From Cetorhinus maximus (taxonomy: Eukaryota): 64,000 nt of DNA. This document shows, piece after piece, positions 1 through 12,892 of the stretch. Numbering within the stretch: position 1 is the first letter of the stretch; each line of letters starts with the position of its first letter. Below the pieces are notes generated by a model, which was given only the letters and a program-made list of their open reading frames with translations, was not told where the DNA came from and made no database searches. Location of the stretch: the NCBI RefSeq assembly GCF_964194155.1, contig NC_135907.1:24676001-24740000 (forward strand). The letters run 5' to 3'. The translations under genes were made by a program, and so were the position numbers.

Positions 1-50
1 GTTCACGTACATATCTAAGAGGCTTTAAGTACAAATAAATTGCTGCTCAC

Positions 51-184
51 CCGTAAGCTGATGTCTTTTTCAATATGGATGGTGGCTGAGCTCCAGGGAG
101 GGGGATATCCTGAATCATGATGTTTGATGGTGCATGAGGCATGTCTGGCAATGGAATACTCTCCACCTCCACATGCTGAGCATT
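51..184 (-). CDS. WBP11: WBP11 coding exon 5 (NAQHVEVESIPLPDMPHAPSNIMIQDIPLPGAQPPSILKKTSAYG); gene continues past the window start
   Basis: Peptide almost identical to vertebrate WBP11; AG acceptor at 185-186, GTGAG donor at 46-50; 134 nt, in frame with upstream exons. Confidence 0.97.
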
Positions 185-1898
185 CTGTATAAACAAGGAA
201 AATGGCCACATACTTACACCGCACGAATAAACTAACTGTATTTTAAGAACATGTAATTCGATAATACTGATAACTATGGGTCCTTGATACAACCATTTTG
301 GCTTCCTACTGCAATAGGTTCTTCACATAAGAGTTAGTGTCTTTAGTAGATATGTTAGTACAAAGGAGACGAAGGTGAGCATGAACAATCCTGCCAGCAG
401 CTGCATTTGGAATTATAAATATCTGACGGGATCAGAGATCAGAGACTTGTGAATTGCCAAGTTGCATTGCAATTTTTTCCCATCAGAGAGCATTGTGGGT
501 GAAACAGCAAATAGGGTATATGGGCATATGAGCCTGATTTTAGAAAGCTCTCCCAAAACCAGGGGAATGTTAGACACTCTCTAAACACAAGGCAATTTGT
601 TTTAAATAGACACTTGCAAGCCTACTCAACCACTCCTCACATAGAAAGAGCATTTCAGTTCTGGTTTTCTAACGTTAGCTGAAATTCTTCACTCGACTTT
701 AAAAAAAAACACATTTCTGCCCCTTTATCTCACCACCGTTTAAAAGGCTCCCACTTCACATGACTTTTGCTCTCATTTCTCCCTCAGCCTTGAACTGTTT
801 TCACCAGAGCCATTCCACAGAGAGCTGTGAGCTGCATTCATCCCACCAATTCCATTACGGCTCCTTTAAAACACCAAGTCTGTTAATATCTGCCTTGAGC
901 TGAAAGGCTACACAAGAAATAGGAAAGCACTTCAATCTCCAGGATGAAGGTAAAGCTCAAGCAAAAATTTACTTGTGTACCTCCTGCACTTCATTTAATA
1001 CCTCTCCCAAAGAAACATCTGGTAGCAATTGTGACACAGTCTCACTATGGGGTAGGCTCCTTTCACTAATACAGTTCAGCATGAGTCCTTTTTTGGAATC
1101 CTCATCTCCATCTTCAGAACATTATCCCTTATTGCAGAAGATGGTGGAAAAGCTAGTTAACCAGCAGCTTCAAAGGGAGGTCAATGCTATCAACAAAGCA
1201 ACATGAAAGTGTTGTCTCCTGATATTGAGCCTCATTCAGCGCTTCCCTGCAGCTGCTTTGTAAGGGATATTTGGTCCATTAATCATTTGTGTGTAGCAAA
1301 GGGAAAGACAAAGGCAGAAAATTCAGACCACATTCTCCACAACGACTGGGCTCAGTGCTGCACCCTGGGGACTGTCGGCACTCTGTTAGACAGAAAAGTG
1401 ATTATGTACCACTCTGCATCAAGTTTGGAGCAAGGTGAGGGGAGAGGGCCTCCATGAACAGCCACGGCTGCTACAAGGATCGAATCTGCCCCATCGCTTT
1501 CATTCTCCATCACAATCCAGTCATTGAGCCAACTGAGCTCATTGACCCCCCACAAGCAAACAGGCGTCTGGGATTTACAGCCTTCACTATGGGACCATGA
1601 AACCAAGATCAGGTTTTCCATCGATTAACACAAATTAAAATAAAAACAATTTTATCATCAGAACTTTCTTTCCCAATACTCAGAATCATTGAGCTTGCTG
1701 CTGCCCCCATCAGGATTATACAGTTTCTCTCTGCCTGAGACCGATGTTATTTGGACAATGCTCGTGTTATTCAGAAATAGCCCATGAGGAGAAGTGTAAA
1801 TTGGATTGTCACTGGTCATGAGGGGTAGGGACTCCCGGAGTGCTGCAGGATATGTATTGGTCGTTTACAACTTAGCTCGAGTTAAGGGAAGAGGCTGC

Positions 1899-2150
1899 TG
1901 TGCCGGGATCACCGGTCCTGTGCCGGGATCACCGGTCCTGTGCCGGGATCACCGGTCCTGTGCCGGGATCACCGGTCCTGTGCCGGGATCACCGGTCCTG
2001 TGCCGGGATCACCGGTCCTGTGCCGGGATCACCGGTCCTGTGCCGGGATCACCGGTCCTGTGCCGGGATCACCGGTCCTGTGCCGGGATCACCGGTCCTG
2101 TGCCGGGATCACCGGTCCTGTGCCGGGATCACCGGTCCTGTGCCGGGATC
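1899..2150. repeat. Perfect 20-bp minisatellite (TGTGCCGGGATCACCGGTCC), ~12.5 copies
   Basis: Directly visible identical units. Confidence 0.97.
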
Positions 2151-3235
2151 ATCTTCCAAGAATCCTTAGATTCTGAAAAAGTGCCAGAGGATTGGAAAAC
2201 TGTCTATGTAACGCCCTTATTCAAAAAGGGAGACCAAAAAACAGGTAACTATAGGCCAGTTAGCTTAACATCTGTCACTGGGAAAACGTTAGAGTCTATT
2301 ATAAAGGATGTAATAGCAGAGCATTTAGAAATATGTAATCTAATCAAGCAGAGTCAGCATGGCTTCATGAAGGGGAAATCATGCCTGACAAATTCATTAG
2401 AATTCTGTGAAGGGAGCCAGTAGATGTAATATATTTAGATTTCCAAAAGGCGTTCGATAAGGTGCTGCATATAAGGCTACTTAATAAGATAAGCCCATGG
2501 TGTTGGGGGTAGTATATTAGCATAGATAGAGGACTGGCTAACTAAACAGAAGACAGAGAGTTGGGATAAGGGGGGCATTTTCAGGATGGCAACCTGTAAC
2601 TCATGGAGTGCCACAGGGATCAGTGCTGGGGCCTCAATTATTTACAATATATATTAATGACTTAGATGAGGGAAATGAATGTACTATCGCCAAGTTTGCA
2701 GATGACACAAAAGCAGGTGGGAAGGCATGTGGTAAAGATGACACAAGGAGTCTACAGAGGGATATAGACAGATTAAGTGAGTGGGCAAAAACTTGGCAAA
2801 TGGAATGTAATGTGGAAAATGTGAGGTTATGCACTTTGGCAGCAAGAATAGAGGAGCTGAATATTATTTAAATGGAGAAAGACTGTAGAAAGCTGCAGCA
2901 CAGAGAGATTTTGGAGTCCTTGTGCATGAATCCCAAAAAGCTAATATACAAGTTCAGCAGGTAAAAGGGAGGGCAAATGAGATGAAGAGGAATTTCTTCT
3001 CTCAGAGGGTAGTGAATCTGTGGAATTCTTTACTACAGAGGGCTGTAGAGGCTGGGTCGTTAAGTATATTCAAGGCTGAGATGGACAGATTTTTAACCAG
3101 TAAGGGAATCAAGGGTTATGGGGAAAAGGCAAGAAAGTGGAGTTGAGGATTATCAGATCAGCCATGATCTCATTGAATGGCGGAGCAGACTCGATGAGCT
3201 GAATGGCCTACTTCTGCTCCTGTGTCTTATGGTAT
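2151..3235 (+). mobile_element. CR1-type LINE fragment (RT, internal deletion, 3' UTR)
   Basis: NYRPVSLTS, QHGF, PQGSVLGP, KFADDTK motifs with frameshifts; CR1 3' UTR (gaatggcctacttctgctcct). Confidence 0.9.
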
Positions 3236-3779
3236 TAAGATGATCCAGCTGATTACACCAACAATGGGGTATTTACCAGTGTGGCTCAACAGATTTAAAC
3301 AAAATAAATCAATTCAGATACTTCCGTGTTTGAAAAACATGATTATGTGGCTTACGGAGCTGGTGTAAAGTGCAATATTAATCAGTGGTGTTCTTAAACA
3401 TGCAACAATGGGCTTACAAATATGTAATTTGGAAAATGATAACAACAGGGATTGTACACAGATGAATAAGTTGGACACTTGAAGGGAGAGCACTTCATTT
3501 TTAAGATAAAAAAGTTATTTTTCTCTCAGTAACACCAATGTTACCAGATCAGGTGCAGCAGTTAACTGCAGATTTCTGTTTCCTGCCATAACCCTGAACG
3601 AGAGATCCCACTGCACAAGTGCGGCAATTTTCTGAACAGACACCCTATGGTTTTGTGGGCAAGATCAATAATTTAGTAACAAATTTGGTCCAAATCCCCA
3701 ATGCGATTGCATAGAAAGTTGCTGTGGGAAAGGGATGAGGTGTTAGGGATGTTGGAGGAGTGAACCAAGAGGTCACAGA

Positions 3780-4962
3780 GGGAATGATAAGGTGCCACAT
3801 CAAAGGTTATTGTGGGAAATAAAAGCTCATGATGTAGGGGTAACATATTAACCTGGAGAGAAGATTGGCTGGCTGGCAGAAAACAGAGAGTTTGCATAAA
3901 TGGGTCTTTGTCTGATTGGCAGATGTGCCAAATGGAGTCCCACAGGTGTCCATGCTATGGCCTCAGCTTTTTACAATTTACATCAATGACTTGGATGAGG
4001 GGAGCGAAGGCATGGTAGCTAAATTTGCAGACGATACAAAGATAGGTAGGAAAGCATGTTGTGAAGAAGACATAAGGACTTTGCAGATGGATATAGATAA
4101 GTTGATTGAGTGGGCAAAAATTTGGCAGGTGGAGTACAATGTGGGAAAATGTGAAGTTGTTCACTTTGGCAGCAAGGATAAAAAAGCAGAGTATTACTTA
4201 ATCAGAGAACAATGACAGGATTCCAAGGTGCAGAGGGATTTAGGTGGAGTGGGGGGGGGGCGGTTCTCGTGCATGAGTCACAGTTAGTGTGCAGACACAG
4301 CATGTAATCAAGAAGGCTAATGGAATGCTGTCCTTTATTACAGGAGAAATTGAACATAAAAATAAGTATGTTATGCTTCAGTTATACAGGGCATTGGTGA
4401 GACCACACCTCGAATACTGTGTGCAGTTTTGGTCACCTTATTTAAGGAAGGATGTAAATCTGTTGGAGGCAGTTCAGAGGAGGCTTACTAGATGGATACC
4501 TGGAATGAGCGGGTTGTCTTATGAGGATAGGTTGGACAGGCTGATCTTGTTTCTATTGGAATTTTAGAAGAGTGAGGGGTGACTTGCTTGAAGTATATAA
4601 GACCCTGAATGGTCTTGACAAGGTGGACGTGGAGAGGATGTTTCCTCTTGTGGGCGAGTCCAGAACTAGGGGGCACTGTTTTAAAATTAGGGATCGCCCT
4701 TAAAGGACAGAGATGAGGAGAAATTTTTTCTCTGAGGGTTTTGCAACTTTGGAACACTCAGAAGGCGGTGGAGGCAGGGTCACTGAATATTTTTAAGGCA
4801 AAGGTAGATTGATTCCCTTGCCTAACAATAATCTAAGGTTATCGAGGGTAGATGGGAATGTAGACCTTGAAACACAAACAAATCAGCCATGATCTTATTG
4901 AATGGCGCAGCAGGCTCCTGGGGCCGAATTTACTACTTCTGCTTCTATTTCATATGTTCGTA
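3780..4962 (+). mobile_element. CR1-type LINE 3' fragment
   Basis: KFADDTK, LVRPHLEYCVQFWSP motifs and CR1 tail. Confidence 0.9.
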
Positions 4963-4963
4963 A

Positions 4964-5203
4964 TGTTGGAATTGTGCTGCAATAGATTAGATGCTTTAAA
5001 TTGGTAATCCAGAGCAGCTGTCCCCAATTGGGGAGGTATTAGGGCTTCATTACAAGAGTATTAAAATATGTTCACACTGGGTGTTAAAGGGGAATTGGAA
5101 TGGTCTGTGTCTTTACTCTGCAGGCTTGTAAATAAACCTGTCTTAAGGTACAGGCTGGCTTCAGACTCATTCTTTCCTCAACATAAGATTATTAGAATTA
5201 ACA
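4964..5203. mobile_element. Possible short solo LTR
   Basis: TGTT...AACA ends with internal AATAAA; no clear TSD. Confidence 0.35.
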
Positions 5204-5339
5204 CAGTCCCTTCAGATGCAACATAAGACAGAAAAACTAGGAGAATGGAATGGAGTCCTTACAGGAAGCAGGTGTAGTCAAGGTAGCTGTGGAAGTCGGT
5301 AGGCTTGTAACGAATATTGGTAAACAGTCTATCAGATAG

Positions 5340-7892
5340 AATCAGTTTAAGTAGAGATAAGATGTAGCAAAGGTAAGAAGTCTCTTGTGGGAATAGTTTA
5401 TAGGTCCCCTAACAGTAACTACGCTGTAGGAAGGGGTATGTAGAAAGAAATAATAGGGGCTTGTGAGAAAGGTACTGCGATAATCATGGGTGATTTTAAT
5501 CTACACATCGATTGGACAGGTCAGCAAAGGTAGCCTGGAAGATGAGTTCAAAGAGCAGCACCTTCTAGAGCCAGAGAGCATTCTAGGCCTGGTAATGTGC
5601 AATGAGACATAATTAATTAATGACCTCATGGTAAGGGAGGCCCTAGGTAGCAGCGATCATAACATAATTGAGTTTTGTATTCAGTTTGAGGAAGAGTGAG
5701 TCTAAGACTAGTGTTTTCAACTTAAATAAAGGAAATTATAAGGGTATGAGAACAGAGCTGGCTGAAGTGAATTGGGAAATGACGTTCAGGGGTAAGCTGG
5801 TAGAGATGCAGTGGCAAACATTTAAGAAGATATTTCATAACACTCAGCAAAGATACATTCCAGTGAGAAAGAAAGATTCTAGGAAAAGGATGCATCATAC
5901 GTGGCCAACTAAGGACATTAAAGATAGTGTCAAATCAAAAGAAAAAGCGTACTAATCTGTGAAGATTATTGGCAGGTCAGAGGGTGGGATAGGGTATAAA
6001 AATCAGCAAAAAATGACTTAAAAATGAGGAGGGAGAAATTAGAGTATGAAAGAAAGCTACCTAGAAATATAAAAACAGATAGTAAGAGTTTCTACAGGTA
6101 ATTAAAAAGGAAAAGAGTAACTAAAATGAGTGTTGGTCAGCTAGAGAATGAGTTTGGGGAATTAATAATGGGAAATAAGGAAATGGTAGTTGCAATGAAC
6201 AAATATTTTGTGTCTGCCTTCACTGTAAAAGACACAAATAACATTCCAGAAATAATTGTAATTCAAGAGGTGGGAAGAGGAACTTGAAACAATTAGGGAA
6301 ACATCAGGGAAAGAGTACTGGGAAAATTATTAAAACTAAAGGTTAATCCTAGGCATTTAAACGAAGTAGCTGCTGAGATAGTAGATGGACTGGTTTAAAT
6401 TTTCCAAAGTTTCCCAGATTCTGGAAAGGTCTCATCAGATTGGAGAATGGCGAATATAACTTCATTATTCAAGGGGACAGACAGAAAACAGGCCAGCCTA
6501 GCATCTGTCATAAGGATAATGCTGGAATCTATTATTAAGGAGGTTATAGAGGGACACTTAGAAAATCTCAACGCAATCAGGCAAAGTCAACGTGGTTTTG
6601 TGAAAGGGAAATCATGTTTGACTAATTTATTGGAGTTCTTTGAGAAAGTAACAAGCAATGTGGGCAAAAGGGAACCTGTAGCTGTGCTGTATTTGGATTT
6701 CCAAAAGGTATTTGACAAGGTGTCACATCAAAGGTTACATCAAAATAAGAGCTCATGGTGTAAAGGTAACATATTAGCATGAATAGATAGAACATGGCAA
6801 TATGTGACCACTGGAGTGCCACAGGAATCAATGCCAGGGCCTCAACTAATTACAATCTATACAAGTGACTTGGATGAAAGGACCAAATTTTTTTTCATTC
6901 ACGGGATGTGGGCTTCGCTGGCTGAGCCAGCATTTATTGCCCATCCCCAATCGCCCTTGAGAAGGTGGTGGTGTTTTGTTGCTAAATTTGTTGACGACAC
7001 AAAAATAGATAGGAGAGCAAGTTGTGAAGAGGACATAATCTATCTATATCCCTTTGCAGTTTCCTTAAATTAGTGGGCACAAATGTGGCAGGTGGAGTAT
7101 AATGTGGGAAAATGTGAACTTGTCCACTTTGGCAGGAAGAATAGAAAAGCAGTAGGTTATTTAAAGGGAGAGAGACTGCAGAACTCTGAGGTACAGAGGG
7201 ATCTGGGTATCCTGGTACATGAATCACAAAATGTTTGTATGCAGGTACAGCAAGTGGTTAGGAAGGCAAATGGAACGTTGTTTATTACAAGGGGAGTGGA
7301 ATACAAAAGTAGGGATGTTTTGCTATAGTTGCAAAGGGTGCTAGTGAGACCACATCTGCAGTTTTGGTCTCCTTACTCAAGAAAGGATATAAATGCGAAA
7401 CAGTTCAGAGAAGGTTCACTAGGCTGATTCCTGGGATTAAGGGATTATTTTATGAGGAAATGTTGGACAGGCTGGGCCTGTATCCAGTTTATAAGGTTGA
7501 GAGGTGATCTTATTGAAACATACAAGATCCTGAGGGGACTTGACAGGGTGGATGCCAAGGGGATTTTTCCCCTTATGCGAGACTAGAACTAGGGGGGGAC
7601 ATAGTTTAAAAATAAGGTGTCTCCCATCTAAAACAGGGATGAGGAGAATTTTTTTCTCTCTGAGGGCTGTTAGTCAAGTAATTCTCTTCTCCAGAGGGCA
7701 GTGGAGGCAGGGTCACTAAATACTTTTAGAATTAGATAAATTCTTTATTGACAAGGGAGTCAAGGGTTATAAGGGTAGACAGGAAAGTAGAGTTGAGGCC
7801 ACAATCAGATCAGCGTGACCTTATCAAATGGTGGTGCAGGCTCAAGCGGCCAAATGGCCTAACTCCTGCCCCTAATTCATATGTTTGTTCGT
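5340..7892 (+). mobile_element. Decayed CR1 LINE (endonuclease end plus RT) with a small nested HER1-tail fragment (~6890-6975, minus)
   Basis: GDFN and SDHN endonuclease motifs, KGKSCLTNL, KFVDDTK, CR1 tail. Confidence 0.9.
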
Positions 7893-7912
7893 ATATTCAA
7901 CTCATCCCTCAC

Positions 7913-8109
7913 CTTGACAGCATCAAAGAACTGGCAGAGCTGTGATCGTTTCTGTTCATATTCAGTCTCAAGCTTCCGCAACTCCTTATAAAATTCGGTA
8001 TTTTCCTTCTCATATAAACGCAGGATTCGCTCAAACGTCTCTCGTAACTTTTTCCGCTTGTCTTTCAGCACCTTCTCATTAAGTTGTGGCTGCTGCACAG
8101 GATTGAATT
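7913..8109 (-). CDS. WBP11: WBP11 coding exon 4 (EFNPVQQPQLNEKVLKDKRKKLRETFERILRLYEKE...FFDAVK)
   Basis: Recognisable WBP11 N-terminal domain; tttgtgcag acceptor, gtgagg donor; 197 nt, phase 1 to 0. Confidence 0.97.
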
Positions 8110-8663
8110 CTGCACAAAATCGAGGGGGAGGGGGAGTAAACAACAACACAGCATGCAGAACAGGTGTCATTTCAGCTCAGGTTAACAGCACTTAGCACTC
8201 ACTTTGCACATCAAATACAATTTAAAAACTGCTACAGCATTTTAAATACTATTCCCCAAGCCCAGTCTCAATCCCTTGCTCAAAAGTATGACATATCCTT
8301 GGGGTCTCCTTAGAATGAACCAAAATAGAACAGAGTAGATCACATATAAACAATCAGCATTTTGATAATTCCAATTATAAGCAAACAGGAACATTTAAGA
8401 TTCTAAAACAACCAAATATATGAAAGGGACACTGTTCACTGACTGTTCATAATAATGCAGGAATTAGGATTGAACAGTTTAGTGGAAGTGTGGCGATTGG
8501 AACATTGAGTTACATACCAAGACATCAAACCCACAATTCCCCAAGCAACATGACACCTTCTACTGGAAAACAACCATGTTTCAGCACATTTTTTCAATAT
8601 AGTTGTGACTTTAAAAAAAACCACAAAGTTTTATCCTGGAATATTTTAATTCCTGTTCTTTAC

Positions 8664-8757
8664 CCATTTCATCCAGTTTCTCCATGTCTTTGATTATCTG
8701 TTTGGGATCCTTCATCTTGAGCACAGCAGCTCGCACCATCATGCGCTGTTTCTTGTT
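8664..8757 (-). CDS. WBP11: WBP11 coding exon 3 (NKKQRMMVRAAVLKMKDPKQIIKDMEKLDEM)
   Basis: Translated by hand; ctcacag acceptor, gtaaag donor; 94 nt, phase 0 to 1. Confidence 0.97.
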
Positions 8758-9569
8758 CTGTGAGCACAAAGGTTATCCGAATCCATCAATAATTAAAATT
8801 TTCACCAAAGACAATTACATGATTTGAAGTTGATTTAACAAAATATTTGTGGCAGCTTATCTGAAGAAACCGGACACTGCTATGATCAATTCTTCTGTGT
8901 GTTCAAACCAAAACTTATATCTAATCTGACAAGTAATCTTTCCCTCATATCCAATCTTGATATCTCCTTCTCCACTTGCAATTTTTCTGGTCTCTCCTCT
9001 CTCCATACTAGAAAGGCATTGCTCCCATGTAATTCCTTCTCCTGTGTACCAACCTATTAGCTCTTCCTTCTCACTACACAATCCTGAAATCAAGGCTGAC
9101 TGCAATCACTTCTCTTAGAGAGACTGGAAAGCCAGTATCTCAAGGACATTACACTCAAGTCTGATTCTGTCCTCACCCAGCAGCAATCATTGGAATACAA
9201 TCAGGAATGAGAACACTGGCTAAATTTTTTTCACCGTCCAAGTCCAGGGAGCTGAAGGACAGTTATAGGTCTTCAATTGTGCGTGTTCAAATCTACTAAC
9301 TCAGCATAGGTGTGGGAATAAATTTTGAATCTTCTCACTGCAGATGGCTCAGAATTGTGCCAGCTAGCTCACTTACCCTCCAAACTATCAGTGGATATAT
9401 CCAAAGGGAGAGGCACAGACACAAGATTAAATATAAGAGATTTAGAACGGAGGACAGGAGAAACATTTTTACACAAGTTTATTTATGGTGATGGAAAAGG
9501 AGTTGAGAGGATATGGGTGTTGGGTTAGCAGGGAAAATGCTGGCATGGGCTAGTGAGCCGAATGGCCTT

Positions 9570-9932
9570 TTTTTTTCATGGGATGTGGGTGTCACTGGCA
9601 AGGTCAGCATTTGTTGCCCATCCCTAATTGCCCTTCAATTCAGTGGCTTGTTAGGCCTTTTCAGAGGGCAGTCAACCACATTGCTGTGGGTCTGGAGATA
9701 CATGTAGGCCAAACCAGGTAAGGACAGTAGATTTACTTTCCTAAAGAGCATTCGTGAACCAGGTGGGTTTTTACAACAATCCACGATAGTCTCATGGTCA
9801 TCAACACTCAGACTAACTCTATATTCCAGATTTTATTAATTGAATTCAAATTCCACCAGCTGCCGTGGTGGGATTTGAACCCCTGTCCCCAGAGCATTAG
9901 CCTGGGCCTCTAGGTTACTAGTCCAGTGATAT
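9570..9932 (-). mobile_element. HE1-like tRNA-derived SINE
   Basis: Minus strand has B-box ggttcaaatccc and the tail aagggcaattagggatgggc...cacatcccatgaaaa shared with HER1-type LINE. Confidence 0.8.
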
Positions 9933-10227
9933 CTCCCCATGTGTAATGCAAACTACACCCATGTGATATACACTGATATACAGAAATACTTTTGGCACAC
10001 AAACAATGTTCCATCTAATGTTGTTTTTGCAGTGTACAGGCAATATAAGTACACAGCAGTTTAAAGAAGGCAGCTTGTGCACAACCTGCTCAGGGACTTT
10101 CAGGTTGCTGTGCAGCCACACAGCTTTGAGGGAATATTACACACAAACCACCCAAAGATTTGCACTGAAAATGCCCAGACATATTAACCACGAAGGTAGT
10201 AATCAGAAATAAACTCAAGTTCCTCAC

Positions 10228-10259
10228 CTTTTTCAGTTCCCGTTTCCTGGCCTCTTTGC
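10228..10259 (-). CDS. WBP11: WBP11 coding exon 2 (RKEARKRELKK)
   Basis: 32-nt exon, ttattaaccag acceptor, gtgagg donor; completes the conserved DQARKEARKRELKKNKK. Confidence 0.95.
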
Positions 10260-10409
10260 CTGGTTAATAAAAAAGTGAATCAATTAGAATTAGGAAGTAA
10301 GAAAAAAGAATTTACACTTATATAAATCACCTTTCACATCCTCGGAACATTCCAAAGCTTTTTACAGCAAATGAAGTACTCTTTGAATATTGGGGGGGGG
10401 GGGGAGCGC

Positions 10410-11665
10410 TGAGGAGTGGGGCATCATGGATGGGGGGTGGTCTGGGATCTGGTGTGGGGGCAGATCGAGATGTTGGGAGCTGGAGGAACAACCAGGGACC
10501 CAGGGGAAAGAGGAGCGCAGTTGTGCCACTTATATCATGAATAGAATAGGGGGAAGGATCTGAATTAAAGGCAAAATACCCAAAGATCTGCTTTGGCCTG
10601 ACTGAATTTGGTATAAATGAGGCCACCTTGTAATCTCCGATTTTGATCGGATCGGCAGCTTCTGTCCAGCAGCTCCTACTGGTATCTTTATCCTCACAGA
10701 GGGATCCCTGTCACACTCTGACCAGCACATACGAATTAGGAGGGGAGTAAATTATTGGGGCCCTGGAGCCTGCTTCGCCATTTGATAAGATCCTGGCTGA
10801 TCTGATTGTATGTTTCACACCCAGTTTTATGTGGCTGAAAGATTGCCTGTATGCCTTTGTGAGTACCACACTCTCCCCTCTGAGTTGGAAGGTCATAGGT
10901 TCAAGTCCCACTTTAGAGACTTGAGCACAAAATCTAGGCCTGTGTAGTACTGTGGGAATGCTGTGATGTTGGAGTGCTGACTTTTGGACAATAAGTTAAA
11001 CTGTGGCCTCGACTGCCCTCATATGGATGCAAAATATCCCATGGCACCATTTAAAGAAGAGCAGACATGTGCTTGCCAATATTTATCCATTAACAAAGAT
11101 CTAAATCAGATTATCGGCATCTTACTGTTTATGGGATCTTGCTATGCAATAATAGGTCTGAAATGTAGCAGCCAAAGTGTGGTACTCACAAAGGCATACA
11201 AGTAGTCTTTCAGCCACATAAAACTGGGTGCGAAACATACAATCGGATCAGCCAGGATCTTATCAAATGGCGAAGCAGGCTCCAGGGCCCCAATAATTTA
11301 CTCTCCTCCTAATTCGTATGTGCTGGTCAGAGTGTGACAGGGATCCCTCTGTGAGGATAAAGATACCAGTAGGAGCTGTTGGACAGAAGCTGCCGATCTG
11401 ATCAAAATGGGACCCTGCAAGGTGGCCTCATTTTATACCAAATTCAGTCAGACCAAAGCAGATCTTTGGGTATTTTGCTTCTAATTCAGATCCTCCCCCT
11501 ATTCTATTCATGATATAAGTGACACGACTGCGCTCCTCTTTCCCCTGGGTCCCTGTCTGTCCCTCCAGCTCCCAGTTCCCCAATATGCCCCCACCCCTCT
11601 GGTCCCTTTGCCCCCCCACACACCAGATCTCAGACTACCCCACATCCACGATGCCCTGCTCCTCC
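10410..11665. repeat. Inverted duplication: arms ~10410-10872 and 11176-11665 around a SINE 5' half
   Basis: gcctttgtgagtaccacact (to 10872) is the reverse complement of agtgtggtactcacaaaggc (from 11176); the match runs ~460 bp with scattered mismatches. Confidence 0.92.
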
Positions 11666-11899
11666 CCAACACCCCGCCCTGCCCCGACACCCCCTTACCC
11701 CCTCCCCGGTCCTTCCCCACCCCCTCCAAAGCCCCAAGACCTTCCCCTCCATGACCCCAGTCCTAGCCCCCTGATGCCACCCCCCAACTTTCCCACCCAC
11801 ACCCTGATGCCCCCCGCAGCAATACTCCCAGACCCCCTCCCCAGTCCTTCCCCCCACGATGACCCCAGTCCCCCACCCTGATCCTCACTCCCCTCTCTC

Positions 11900-12650
11900 C
11901 CCATGATCCCGGTCCTCCCCCTGGTCCTCCCCCACCTCTCCCAATCACCCCTGGTCCTCCCCCACCCCTCTCCCCATCACCCCTGGTCCTCTCCCCATCA
12001 CCCCTGGTCCTCCCCGCCTCTCCCCATCACCCCTGGTCCTCCCCCCCTCTCCCCATCACCCCTGGTCCTCTCCCCATCACCCCTGGTCCTCCCCCCATCA
12101 CCCCCGGTCCTCTCCCCCTCTCCCCATCACCCCTGGTTCTCCCCCCATCACCCCTGGTCCTCCCCCCCTCTCCCCATCACCCCTGGTCCTCCCCCCCTCT
12201 CCCCATCACCCCTGGTCCTCCCCCCCTCTCCCCATCACCCCTGGTCCTCCCCCCCTCTCCCCATCACCCCTGGTCCTCCCCCCCTCTCCCCATCACCCCT
12301 GGTCCTCCCCCCCTCTCCCCATCACCCCTGGTCCTCCCCCCCTCTCCCCATCACCCCTGGTCCTCCCCCCCTCTCCCCATCACCCCTGGTCCTCCCCCCC
12401 TCTCCCCATCACCCCTGGTCCTCCCCCCCTCTCCCCATCACCCCTGGTCCTCCCCCCCTCTCCCCATCACCCCTGGTCCTCCCCCCCTCTCCCCATCACC
12501 CCTGGTCCTCCCCCCTCTCCCCATCACCCCTGGTCCTCCCCCCCTCTCCCCATCACCCCTGGTCCTCCCCCCCTCTCCCCATCACCCCTGGTCCTCCCCC
12601 CTCTCCCCCACCCCTGGTCCTCCCCCCCTCTCCCCATCACCCCTGGCCTT
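11900..12650. repeat. C-rich ~29-bp minisatellite (CCCCTGGTCCTCCCCCCCTCTCCCCATCA), G-rich on the WBP11 sense strand
   Basis: Directly visible tandem units; the Pro-rich ORFs are artefacts. Confidence 0.95.
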
Positions 12651-12675
12651 CCCCCCGCCCCCTCCCGATACTCAC

Positions 12676-12739
12676 GGGCCTGGTCTGTCGGGTTCATGAA
12701 TTTGCCGCTCTTGGTGGAGCTGGTTGATCGCCGGCCCAT
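12676..12739 (-). CDS. WBP11: WBP11 first coding exon (MGRRSTSSTKSGKFMNPTDQA)
   Basis: Conserved WBP11 N-terminus; ATG at 12739, gtgagt donor at 12675; 64 nt, phase 1. Confidence 0.97.
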
Positions 12740-12827
12740 CTTTGCGGTGTTTTTCTCTCTCACTCTTTCTCCGCTGAAATGAGAGTGAATTTAATCCGCC
12801 GCAATGTCCAAACTCCCCGCTCACAGC

Positions 12828-12892
12828 CCAGCGGCCGCCATCTTGAGCCTAGTAACGACCTTTCACCTGGCCCACTTCCGCTTCCGGTTCCT
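12828..12892 (-). promoter_or_regulatory. WBP11 core promoter: tandem ETS/GABP sites and a YY1 site
   Basis: Minus strand reads aaCCGGAAGCGGAAGTgg then CAAGATGGCGGCcg; CpG-rich patch ~100-150 nt upstream of the ATG. Confidence 0.75.

Noticed and set aside
600-1620. Short ORFs in the WBP11 intron, possibly a nested gene
   Set aside because: No recognisable protein or consistent exon structure; probably decayed repeat.
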